From contig NZ_PGDQ01000004.1 in assembly GCF_003073135.1 (NCBI RefSeq), positions 18,363 through 50,362 of the forward strand: 32,000 bases of DNA, in the 5' to 3' direction. The position numbers and the translations under genes were made by a program. The notes beneath the pieces were generated by a model. The model did no database searches. It was not told the origin of the DNA and saw nothing but the letters and a program-made list of their open reading frames with translations. Position 1 is the first letter of the stretch. Every line of letters starts with the position of its first letter. Positions 16,041 to 25,738 of the stretch are shown here, piece by piece. The DNA is from Euzebya rosea. Its GTDB lineage: Bacteria; Actinomycetota; Nitriliruptoria; Euzebyales; Euzebyaceae.

Positions 16041-16963
16041 GCACGACGACCGAGCGGGAGGTGGCCGCCGATCAGCCGACGCTGACGCGGCTCGCCGGCC
16101 GGGTCGACGCCGCGATGGCAGCCCTGTCGGGGCTGGACCACGACGCGCGTGCCGTGGCCAAGGAGGTCAAGGCCTCGCTGGAGGCGTTCCACGGCGAGGC
16201 GCTGCGCCGCGTCGTCCGACGCCTGAAGGACGACGACCGCGGACGAGAGCTGTTGATGGAGCTGGTCGATGACGACCTGGTCAGGGCGACGCTCGGGTTG
16301 CACGGGATCCTGCGCCCGCCTGTGCATGTGCAGGCCGAACGGGCCCTGGCAGGGGTGCGGCCTTACCTGGAGAGCCACGGCGGCGGGGTGAGCCTGGTCG
16401 AGATCACCGATGATGGCGTCGCCCGGGTCAGGCTGGAGGGCGCCTGCAACGGCTGCTCGATGTCAGCGCAGACGCTGACCAACGCCGTGCAGGTGGCGCT
16501 GGTCGAAGGTGTCCCCGAGATCGGCGGAATCGAGGTAGTGACCGAGCAGGCGGTGAACCTGATCAGCCCGGAGTCCCTCACCCGGCGACCGCAGCCTAGC
16601 GGGCCTGCGACGTCCGACGGGCCAGGGGCACCCGTCCGCGAGGCCGGGTCGGAGGCGGGATGGGTTCGCGGACCTGGGCTCCTGGAGATCGGCGACCCCG
16701 GAGCCACCATCGCGAGGACCGATCTCGGGGAGATCCTCGTGGTCCAAGATGGTGGCGTCGTCGCGGCTTACCGCAACCAGTGCGGTCATCTGGGTCTGTC
16801 CCTGGAGGATGCCGATGTCGGGGCAGGCAAGGTCATCTGCGCCCACCACGGCTACCGCTTCGACGTCGCGACCGGGGCCGGGCTGACCGAGCCCGGATCG
16901 GCGCTCAGCCCGATCCCCAGCCGGGTCGAGGGGGTCCACGTCTGGCTCCGGCCGGGTTCGTGA
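16037..16963 (+). CDS. hucE: NifU-like / Rieske-type [2Fe-2S] fusion protein (HucE/HhyE-like hydrogenase-associated Fe-S protein)
   Basis: The central NifU C-terminal-type segment is VRPYLESHGGGVSLVEITDDGVARVRLEGACNGCSMS. The C-terminal Rieske pattern is C-G-H-x17-C-A-H-H (NQCGHLGLSLEDADVGAGKVICAHHGYRF). GTG at 16037 overlaps the upstream stop (GTGA). Confidence 0.8.
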   Translation: MSTTTEREVAADQPTLTRLAGRVDAAMAALSGLDHDARAVAKEVKASLEAFHGEALRRVVRRLKDDDRGRELLMELVDDDLVRATLGLHGILRPPVHVQAERALAGVRPYLESHGGGVSLVEITDDGVARVRLEGACNGCSMSAQTLTNAVQVALVEGVPEIGGIEVVTEQAVNLISPESLTRRPQPSGPATSDGPGAPVREAGSEAGWVRGPGLLEIGDPGATIARTDLGEILVVQDGGVVAAYRNQCGHLGLSLEDADVGAGKVICAHHGYRFDVATGAGLTEPGSALSPIPSRVEGVHVWLRPGS

Positions 16964-18156
16964 CTGAGGTGGCGGAGATCCGCGCGCCGCTGGCGCACAG
17001 CCGACCGGCGTTGATCGCCACGTCAGGCACGGCCGCGGCTGGTTCCTGGCGGCCAACCGTGCGCGTGGGGGCTCCCGCTGTCGGAGGGCTGTCGCTGCCC
17101 GCGGCCCACCCGACCGCCGCGCACCTGTACGCCCCCCGAGGTGTGTGGTTCGACGACGACGTGCTGGTCGTTGCCGACAGCGGCAACCACCGCATCTTGA
17201 TCTGGCACGGGCTTCCGAGCTCCGACGAGGCCGAAGCCGACGTGATCCTGTGCCAACCCGCTCCGACCGCCGAGGGTCCGGCCGCCGGGGGGCGCGGCCC
17301 GAGCAAGGGAGTGCACCTGCCGACCGGGGTCCTCGTCCACGACGGCGCACTGTTCGTCGCCGACGCGTGGCATCACAGGATCCTGGTCTGGTCCACGCTG
17401 CCGACCGCGCACGACGCCCCACCCGACGGCGTGATCGGCCAGACCGACCTGCAGAGCGTGCAGCCCAACCGCGGCGAGGACTCGTGCGGTCCGGACTCGA
17501 TGTACTGGCCCTACGGACTGGGCCTCGTCGGCGGGGTGTTCTGGGTCGCCGACACCGGCAACCGACGTGTGCTCGGCTGGAGTGGCGGCCCCCCCGAGCC
17601 CGGGTCCACGCGAGGCCCCGACATCCTGCTGGGACAGGCCGCCTGGACCGCCCGGGACGAGAACCGGGGCGGGGACCCCACCGCCGACTCCTTCCGCTGG
17701 CCACATGACATCGCCGGAACCGATCACCTGCTGCTGGTCGCCGACGCGGGCAACCACCGCGTGCTCGGATGGGCGCCCGTGCCCGACGGCGATGGACCCG
17801 CCGACCTGGTGCTGGGCCAGGACGCGATGACCACAGCGACGGAGTGGCCGTACGGTCCGCAGCGCGCGATCGGCCACCGCTTCCCCTACGCGATCAGCGT
17901 GGACGGGGACCGCCTGGTCGTCGCCGACACCGCCAACAACCGGCTACTGGTGTGGGACTCCGTCCCACGACACACCCAACAAGCGCCGGACCACGTCCTG
18001 GCACAGCCCGACTTCGCCGCCAACGGTGAGAACCGCTGGGACCAGGTGCGCGACGACACGCTGTGCTGGCCCTACGGCGTGCACCTGCGCGGGGACCGGC
18101 TGGCCGTGGCGGACTCCGGCAATAACCGTGTCATGGTGTGGGAGTCGCTCCCGTGA
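16960..18156 (+). CDS. Six-bladed NHL-repeat beta-propeller protein
   Basis: There are six evenly spaced repeats of the form (L/F)xVAD(S/T/A)xNxR(I/V/L)LxW: LVVADSGNHRILIW, LFVADAWHHRILVW, FWVADTGNRRVLGW, LLVADAGNHRVLGW, LVVADTANNRLLVW and LAVADSGNNRVMVW. GTG at 16960 overlaps the upstream stop (GTGA). No signal peptide is evident. Confidence 0.85.
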   Translation: MTEVAEIRAPLAHSRPALIATSGTAAAGSWRPTVRVGAPAVGGLSLPAAHPTAAHLYAPRGVWFDDDVLVVADSGNHRILIWHGLPSSDEAEADVILCQPAPTAEGPAAGGRGPSKGVHLPTGVLVHDGALFVADAWHHRILVWSTLPTAHDAPPDGVIGQTDLQSVQPNRGEDSCGPDSMYWPYGLGLVGGVFWVADTGNRRVLGWSGGPPEPGSTRGPDILLGQAAWTARDENRGGDPTADSFRWPHDIAGTDHLLLVADAGNHRVLGWAPVPDGDGPADLVLGQDAMTTATEWPYGPQRAIGHRFPYAISVDGDRLVVADTANNRLLVWDSVPRHTQQAPDHVLAQPDFAANGENRWDQVRDDTLCWPYGVHLRGDRLAVADSGNNRVMVWESLP

Positions 18157-20582
18157 AGGGCCAGGCGGTCGCTGCCCATGTCCGCCTTCGGGTTCGGGGC
18201 ACGGTGCAGGGTGTGGGGTTCAGGCCGCACGTGCACCGCCTGGCGACCTCGCTGGGCCTTGCCGGCAGCGTCCGCAACGACAGCGAAGGCGTGCTGATCG
18301 AGCTGTCCGGCCCCAGCGGGGCGATCACCGACTTCCGACGCCGGCTGGTCACCGACGCCCCCGCCCTCGCGGTGATCGCCGACGTCTGCGAGGAGACGAC
18401 GCCGCCGGGCGACCGGCCATCGCCGGAGGGCTTCACGATCGGCCTCAGCGACGCCGGTGACGGGCAGCGCCGGACCGCGGGCGCACCGCCGGACACCACG
18501 ACCTGTCGGGCCTGCCTCGACGAGCTGCACGATCCCCGGGATCGTCGCTACCGCCACCCCTTCATCACCTGTACCGACTGCGGCCCCCGCTTCACCATCA
18601 TCCGGTCCCTGCCGTACGACCGTCCCGCCACCACGATGGCCGACTTCGACCTGTGCGGGCCGTGCACCGAGGAGTACCACGACCCGTCCGACCGGCGCTT
18701 CCACGCCCAGCCCATCGCCTGCCACGAGTGCGGGCCCGGGCTGTGGTTCGATGGCCAGGGCGGTCGTGGCCGCGCGCTTACCGACGCCGCGTTGGCGGCG
18801 GCGCAGTCGGCTCTGCGGCAGGGACGGATCGTGGCGGTCAAGGGCATCGGTGGCTACCACCTGGCCTGTCGTGCCGACGACACCGCCGTTGTGGCGCGCC
18901 TGCGTCAGCGCAAGCAACGGCCGGGGAAGCCCTTCGCGCTGCTGGTGCGCGACCTGGACGATGCCCGGTCGATCGCGCACGTCGATGACGTCGAGGCAGA
19001 GGCCCTGTCAGGGCCGGCTGCCCCGATCGTCCTGCTCCGTCGGCGGGACAATGCGGCCGCCGCAGCCCGCATCGCGGCCGGGCAGGTCGCCCCGGGCAAC
19101 CCGCTGATCGGCGTGATGCTGGCGTCGAACCCGCTGCACCGGCTGCTGCTGGAACCCGTCCCCGGCATCGCGTCGGCACCGCCGGCCGTGCTGGTGATGA
19201 CCAGCGGGAACCTGAGCGAGGAACCGATCTGCACCGACGACAGCGACGCCCGGCGCCGGCTGGGGGACATCGCCGACGCCTTCCTCGCCCACGACCGCCC
19301 GATCGCCGTACCGTGCGACGACTCGGTGGTGCGGGTGCTCGACGGGCAGCCCGTCGTCCTGCGACGCTCACGCGGCTTCGTGCCCACCGCGGTCAGGTTG
19401 CCTGCTCCGGGCGCTGCCGCGCTGGGCCTCGGGGGCCAGCTGAAGTCGACGGTCTGCCTGACCGACGGCACCCAGGCCTGGTTGTCCCAGCACATCGGCG
19501 ACATGGGGAGCCTGCCGGCGCTGGAGGCCTTCCAGCGCAGCGTCGAGCGGACTCGGACGATGTACCGGGTCCGACCGCGGGTGCTCGCCTGCGATGCCCA
19601 TCCCGACCACACCGCCCATGCCTGGGCGCGGCGCCACGCCGACGGCGTGCCGGTCATGCCGATCCAGCACCATCACGCCCACGTCACCGCCCTCATGGTC
19701 GAGTCCGGCCTCACGGGGCCCGTGATCGGGGTGGCCTTCGATGGCACCGGATTCGGGCGGGCGCCCGATGGGTCTGCACAGATCTGGGGCGGCGAGATCC
19801 TGATCGCGACCCTGCAGGACGCGCGGCGCGCTGCCCACCTGTCGCTGGTGGCGCTACCCGGAGGGGACGCCGCGATCCGCCATCCACGACGGGTCGCGCT
19901 GTCGCACCTTCGCGCTGCCGGCCTCGACTGGGCTGCGGACCTTGCCCCCGTCGTCGCCACCGATGTCGACGAACGCGCCGTCATCGCAGCCCAGATCGAC
20001 CAGGGCGTGAACACCGTGCCGACCAGCAGCATGGGACGGCTCTTCGACGCCGTCTCCTCCCTGCTGGGGATCCGTCACGACATCACCTACGAGGCGCAGG
20101 CGGCCATCGAGCTGGAGATCGTCGCCGATGACCACCGTCGCCGGGGTGGCCGGACTGCCGAGCTGATCCTGCCGCTGATGTGGGACGCAAGGGTCGGGCA
20201 GGCAGACGCGAGCGAGCCGGGCGTGCTGCATGCACCGACCCTGGTCCACACGATCGTGGCGGCGCTGCGAGCCGGCGAGCCCGTGGGCGCCATCGCCCTG
20301 GGCTTCCACGTGGCGGTGGCGCACGCGGTGTCCACGGTTGCCGAGGATCTGGCCCGCCGGACCGGGGTGCGGGACGTATGCCTCACCGGTGGGGTCTTCG
20401 CCAACGCCCTGCTGCTGTCGCTGACGACCGACCGCCTGCGGGACGTAGGCCTGACGCCCCACCGCCATCGTGTTGTCCCGCCCAACGACGGCGGGTTGGC
20501 GCTGGGGCAGGCCGCCATCGCCTCGGCCTCCGCTAAGAACATCGGACAACCGCTACAAGAGAGGGGCGCACCATGTGCCTAG
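18153..20582 (+). CDS. hypF: Carbamoyltransferase HypF
   Basis: An acylphosphatase-like N-terminus (VRGTVQGVGFRPHV) is followed by two zinc-finger pairs (CRACLDELHDPRDRRYRHPFITCTDCGPRF and CGPCTEEYHDPSDRRFHAQPIACHECGP). YrdC-like and Kae1-like regions follow. GTG at 18153 overlaps the NHL gene stop (GTGA). An alternative ATG lies at 18138. Confidence 0.93.
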   Translation: MKGQAVAAHVRLRVRGTVQGVGFRPHVHRLATSLGLAGSVRNDSEGVLIELSGPSGAITDFRRRLVTDAPALAVIADVCEETTPPGDRPSPEGFTIGLSDAGDGQRRTAGAPPDTTTCRACLDELHDPRDRRYRHPFITCTDCGPRFTIIRSLPYDRPATTMADFDLCGPCTEEYHDPSDRRFHAQPIACHECGPGLWFDGQGGRGRALTDAALAAAQSALRQGRIVAVKGIGGYHLACRADDTAVVARLRQRKQRPGKPFALLVRDLDDARSIAHVDDVEAEALSGPAAPIVLLRRRDNAAAAARIAAGQVAPGNPLIGVMLASNPLHRLLLEPVPGIASAPPAVLVMTSGNLSEEPICTDDSDARRRLGDIADAFLAHDRPIAVPCDDSVVRVLDGQPVVLRRSRGFVPTAVRLPAPGAAALGLGGQLKSTVCLTDGTQAWLSQHIGDMGSLPALEAFQRSVERTRTMYRVRPRVLACDAHPDHTAHAWARRHADGVPVMPIQHHHAHVTALMVESGLTGPVIGVAFDGTGFGRAPDGSAQIWGGEILIATLQDARRAAHLSLVALPGGDAAIRHPRRVALSHLRAAGLDWAADLAPVVATDVDERAVIAAQIDQGVNTVPTSSMGRLFDAVSSLLGIRHDITYEAQAAIELEIVADDHRRRGGRTAELILPLMWDARVGQADASEPGVLHAPTLVHTIVAALRAGEPVGAIALGFHVAVAHAVSTVAEDLARRTGVRDVCLTGGVFANALLLSLTTDRLRDVGLTPHRHRVVPPNDGGLALGQAAIASASAKNIGQPLQERGAPCA

Positions 20583-20886
20583 GAGTGCCAGGGAAGGTCG
20601 TCGAGATCAGGGAGGAGCGGGGAACCCGGATGGCCACCGTCGATTTCGGCGGGGTGACCAAGGACTGCTGCCTCGCCTACGTCCCCGAGGCGCAGATCGG
20701 TGAGTACACCGTGATCCACGCCGGCTTCGCCATCACCATGCTGGACGAGGATTCCGCGCTGCAGACGCTGAAGCTGTTCGATGAGATCGGGCTGCTGGAG
20801 GAGGAGCTGGGTGTGCCCGACCAGATCGCCATCGTCGACAAGCGCACCCGCCGCGAGATCGGTCTGCAGGCAGGAGGAGGAACCTC

Positions 20887-20890
<4 letters not shown>
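20573..20890 (+). CDS. hypC: Hydrogenase assembly chaperone HypC/HupF family
   Basis: N-terminal [12 protein letters not shown]. At 105 aa it is longer than I would expect for a HypC, because of a C-terminal tail ([32 protein letters not shown]). Confidence 0.9.
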
Positions 20891-22005
<1,115 letters not shown>

Positions 22006-22014
22006 GGATCCTCT

Positions 22015-23082
22015 ATGAGCGACCACCTGGATCTGGAGAACTGGTCCTGTCCCTTGCCTCTACGCGACCACGAGCGGATTGTGAGCGGCCACGGCGGTGG
22101 CGGCAAGCTATCCGCCGAGCTGGTCGAGCATCTGTTCCTACCGGCGTTCGGTGAGGCGGCCGCCACCGCCACCCCGACCGATGCGGCAACGGTGATGGTG
22201 GGTGGCGCTCGACTCGCCTTCTCCACCGACAGCTACGTGGTGCAGCCGCTGTTCTTCCCCGGCGGCAACATCGGCGAGCTCGCCATCAACGGCACCGTAA
22301 ACGACATCGCGATGTCGGGGGCGGTCCCGCTGGCCCTGTCGACCGCCTTCATCCTCGAGGAGGGTTTGGAGCTGGCCGTGCTCGATGCGATCGCACGATC
22401 CATGGGCAAGGCCGCCGGGGCCGCCCAGGTTCCGTTGGTCACGGGCGACACCAAGGTCGTCGATACCGGGGACGGCAACGGGATGACGGTCACGACGGCG
22501 GGGTTCGGACTGGTCCCCGACGGTGTTGAACTTGCGCCGGGCCATATCCGTCCGGGCGACCGGATCATCGTGTCCGGACCGATCGGCGCGCACGGTGTCG
22601 CTGTGATGAGCGTTCGCGAGGGACTGTCGTTCGGCACCGAGGTCCGCTCGGACACGCGGCCGCTGACGCGCATGGTGCAGTCGATGCTGTCTGCGGCCCC
22701 CGCCGGGGCGGTGCACTGCCTCCGTGACGCCACGCGTGGCGGGATGGCGGCCTCCCTGTGCGAGCTCGCGCTGACCGCCGACGTGGGTGTGGCCTATCAG
22801 GAGCGAGCCGTGCCGGTCCCCCCCGAGGTTGCGAGCGCCTGTGCGTTTCTCGGGCTCGATCCGATCCATGTGGCCAACGAGGGGACCTTGGTGGCTTTCG
22901 TCGCAGCCGATGCGGCGGATGCCGTCCTGGCTGCCATGCACGGAACCTCCGAGGGCGCCGGCGCGGCGATCATCGGGGATGTGGTGGATGACCACCACGG
23001 GATCGTCGTGGCCCGAACTGCAATCGGTGCCAACCGAGTGGTCGACCTGCCACTGGGTGAGCAGCTTCCTCGGATCTGTTGA
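22015..23082 (+). CDS. hypE: Hydrogenase expression/formation protein HypE
   Basis: An AIR-synthase-like fold with the canonical C-terminal motif ending PRIC. Confidence 0.93.
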   Translation: MSDHLDLENWSCPLPLRDHERIVSGHGGGGKLSAELVEHLFLPAFGEAAATATPTDAATVMVGGARLAFSTDSYVVQPLFFPGGNIGELAINGTVNDIAMSGAVPLALSTAFILEEGLELAVLDAIARSMGKAAGAAQVPLVTGDTKVVDTGDGNGMTVTTAGFGLVPDGVELAPGHIRPGDRIIVSGPIGAHGVAVMSVREGLSFGTEVRSDTRPLTRMVQSMLSAAPAGAVHCLRDATRGGMAASLCELALTADVGVAYQERAVPVPPEVASACAFLGLDPIHVANEGTLVAFVAADAADAVLAAMHGTSEGAGAAIIGDVVDDHHGIVVARTAIGANRVVDLPLGEQLPRIC

Positions 23083-23229
23083 CTGATGGCGTTGGAGGCT
23101 CAGGGCCCGAGCGCCTTGTGGACCGCGCGGATCCGCCGGCCCTGCGCCTCGGTCACGTCGGCCGCCAGACGGCGTTGCCCAAGCCGACTATGGTCTTGGT
23201 CAGCAGCATCGCGTCGTCGGTGCCTGTCG

Positions 23230-23382
23230 GCCTCCGGGATCTACAAGGACCTCGCCCGCTACGGCCTCGTCACGCGCCACAAGCGTCTCATCGCACTCGC
23301 GACTGGATCGATCCACCACTTGATCGGCAAGATGGCCCCCATCGAGTTCGATCAGCAGTACCTCGACAGGCCCGTACCGTAG
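23230..23382 (+). pseudogene. Fragment resembling the C-terminus of an IS3-family/retroviral-type integrase (OrfB)
   Basis: The translation ends ...LIGKMAPIEFDQQYLDRPVP*, reminiscent of the ...SxGYxSPxEFExxY tail of IS3-family OrfB. No intact upstream catalytic region is present. Confidence 0.35.
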
Positions 23383-23396
23383 TCACCCACGTCCGC

Positions 23397-23507
23397 ATTG
23401 TCGACACCTGGACACTCGACGCGGCCCTGACCACAACCGATGACTACGACGACCGCGGCAACCTCGTGCTGCAGATCGACCCCGCCGGTGCGACCACCAG
23501 CCACTGA
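23397..23507 (+). pseudogene. Short YD/Rhs-repeat-like fragment abutting the IS3 remnant
   Basis: The translation ...DDYDDRGNLVLQIDPAGATTSH* resembles one YD repeat unit (YDxxGNL..xDPxGxxT). It is only ~37 codons long, and its stop coincides with the probable IS3 end. Confidence 0.3.
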
Positions 23508-23560
23508 GCCGCCCTGGGATCGGTGGAGGCTCCTAACCTTGGATTCCAAGGAGGAGCACG

Positions 23561-23871
23561 ATAAGCACGACAGGTCCATCGGGGTCGCCGAACTCGCGTC
23601 GGTACACCCCTGAGGAGAAGGCCCAGGCCGTCCGGCTGGTGCGCGCGCTGCGGACCGAGCTGGGCACGACGCAGGGCACCGTGACCCGGGTCGCCGACCA
23701 GCTCGGCTACGGCCGCGAGACGGTCCGCAAGTGGGTCCGCGACGACGAGATCACCAACGGCGCCACTCCGACCGTCGCTGAACAGAGCACGGCGGAGCAG
23801 CGCCGGATCGCGCAGCTGGAGCAGGAGAATCGCGAGCGCAAGCGGGCCAACGCGATCCTGAAGTCCGCATC
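23561..23871 (+). pseudogene. IS3-family OrfA, 5' part (no ATG; split by the IS30 insertion)
   Basis: AAGGAGG lies at 23548-23554, followed 6 nt later by ATA (23561) where an ATG would be expected. The frame is open from 23537. The reading frame resumes at 25096 after the nested IS. Confidence 0.6.
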
Positions 23872-25035
23872 CCTGAACTCAAGGGTCAGCGCAACGGTTG
23901 CGAGGGTAGCGGAGGGCGTGGCGAACTCGAGGCGCTTGCGGGGCCGGCGATTCAACTTGGCCGCGATCGCGTCGAAGTCGGCCTGGGTCAGGCCGGCCAT
24001 CGACTCACCCTTCGGCAGGTACTGGCGCAGCAGACCGTTCGTGTTCTCGTTCGTGCCACGCTGCCAGGGTGACCGGGAATCGCAGAAGAAGACCGGGACG
24101 CTGGTCTCCTCGGTGAGCCGCTGGTGATCGGCGAGTTCCATCCCGCGGTCCCAGGTCAGCGACTTGAACAGTCCGTCCGGCGCGTTGCCGATCCGGTTGA
24201 TGATCGCGTCGACGACGACGCTGGTGTGCCGACTCGCCAGCTCCAGGCAGATCGTGTAGCCGCTGGTGCGCTCGACCAGCGTCGCGATCTGCGTCCAGTG
24301 GCGGCCGAGAAGCATGTCACCTTCCCAGTGGCCTACTTCCTCGCGGGTCTCCACGTGCGCCGGCCGGTCGTGGATCGACACGGCGTTCTTGATCTGGGAG
24401 CGCCACTGCCCGGTCGTGGTGTTGTGCACGTTGCGGCGGGTGGGCCGCCGTGTGCGCAGCCGCTTCGTCAGCTGGTGGTCCAGCACGCCGCGGGAGCGGA
24501 CGAACAGCGACTTGTAGATGGCTTCGTGGGAGATCACCACGCCGTCGCCGAGCGGCTAGTCTCGTCGAAGCGTTCCGGCGATTTGCTCCGGCGACCAGTC
24601 CTCGGCGAGCCGATCAGCGACGTAGCCGCGTAGGCGCGGGTCACGTTTCAGCAGACAGGGCTTGGGGCGTCGGGCCCGCCGCCATGACCGGTCATCGGCG
24701 TCGACAGCACGGTAGTGCCGACGCCCGTTGTTTCTGGAGATCTCGCGACTGATCGTTGATGGGGGCCGCCCCAGATCGCGGGCAATCTGACGGATCGACT
24801 GCCCGGCGGCCAGACCTCTGGAGATCTCCTCCCGATCCTCAAGCGTCAGCGTGCCGGGACGACGGCGACGTGGCGGCGGAACGTAGCCGCCGGTCTGACG
24901 GATGATCGTGTAGATCGACCCCGGCGGGTGTCCGACGGCCTCTGCGATCTCGCTGAAGGAGCTGCCCGACCCCCACATCTTCCACACCGTCGCATGCTTC
25001 TCATCGGACATGCCGGGCCTCCCCAGCTTCGCCAT
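23872..25035 (-). pseudogene. IS30-family transposase with an in-frame TAG
   Basis: N-terminal HTH region: MAKLGRPGMSDEKH...SIRQIARDLGRPPSTISREISRN. DDE region: HWEGDMLLG...LTWDRGMELA...FCDSRSPWQRGTNENTNGLLRQYLPKG. An in-frame TAG (complement at 24556-24558) separates ...IAGTLRRD from PLGDGVVISHEAIY. The native stop appears lost, because the frame runs out through the IR. Confidence 0.75.
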
Positions 25036-25095
25036 CGCACACCACCTCCAGGGGTCATCTTCACGGGGGTGTTGCGCAGACCGGTTGAACCCAGG
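23872..25095 (-). mobile_element. IS30-family insertion sequence (copy 1, 1224 bp) nested in IS3 orfA
   Basis: The imperfect terminal inverted repeats are CCTGAACTCAAGGGTCAGCGCAAC (23872-23895) and the reverse complement of GTTGCGCAGACCGGTTGAACCCAGG (25071-25095). A 2-bp duplication TC flanks both sides. Removing the element and one TC restores the IS3 OrfA frame (KSAS-AFLAAELDRPHR*). Confidence 0.8.
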
Positions 25096-25133
25096 TCGGC
25101 TTTCCTCGCGGCGGAGCTCGACCGCCCACACAG

Positions 25134-25738
25134 GTGATGGTCGACTACATCGACGCCCACAAGGACGAGTACGGGATCGAGCCGATCAGCCGGGTGCTGC
25201 CGATCGCCCCGTCGACCTACTACGCCGCCAAGCAGCGGGAGGAACGGCCCTCAACACGGGCCGTGCGCGACGCGATCATGATGCCGGTCCTGCTCGCGCT
25301 GTGGACCGCCAACCGCAAGGTCTACGGGGCCGACAAGCTGTGGCGTGCCGCACGACGGGCCGGCCACGACATCGGCCGCGACCAGGTCGCCCGGCTCATG
25401 CGCCAGCTCGACATCCACGGCGTCTCCCGCCAGCGGAAACGCGTGTTCACGACCCGACCTGATCCGGACGCGGCCAGGCCGCCGGACCTGGTCAACCGCG
25501 ACTTCACCGCGGCGGCGCCGAACCTGCTGTGGGTCACGGACCTGACCTACGTCCCGACCCGGTCGGGGATGGCGTACGTGTGCTTCATCGTGGATGCGTT
25601 CTCCCGACGGATCGTCGGGTGGCGGGTCGCCTCGCACATGCGCCCGACATGGTCCTCGATGCGCTGGAGATGGCCCGACGCTCCCGCGGGACCGGCCGGT
25701 TCGTCGGCCTCGTGACACACGCCGATGCAGGGTCGCAA
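25134..25738 (+). pseudogene. IS3-family OrfB (integrase core), frameshifted and 3'-truncated
   Basis: ...IVGWRVASHMR is followed, after a 1-nt shift near 25643, by DMVLDALEMARRSRGTGRFVGLVTHADAGSQ. It ends abruptly at the IS30 copy 2 boundary (25738/25739), before the rest of the DDE core. Confidence 0.75.

Larger units (their letters stand above)
23537..25738 (+). mobile_element. IS3-family element remnant (OrfA/OrfB), interrupted by one IS30-family copy and truncated by a second
   Basis: OrfA-like translation: RRYTPEEKAQAVRLVRALRTELG...TVRKWVRDDE...RRIAQLEQENRERKRANAILKSAS. This continues after the nested IS as AFLAAELDRPHR*. OrfB, in the overlapping -1 frame, is MVDYIDAHKDEYGIEPI...LWVTDLTYVPT...CFIVDAFSRRIVGW. 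The left boundary is approximate and the right end is missing. Confidence 0.7.

Noticed and set aside
23397-23507. A functional Rhs/YD toxin gene
   Set aside because: Only about one repeat unit is present. There is no N-terminal region, core or toxin tip, so it is a fragment at best.
24556-24558. The in-frame TAG in IS30 copy 1 as programmed read-through or recoding
   Set aside because: No recoding signals are evident, and the element shows other decay, including a lost native stop. A simple nonsense mutation is more parsimonious.
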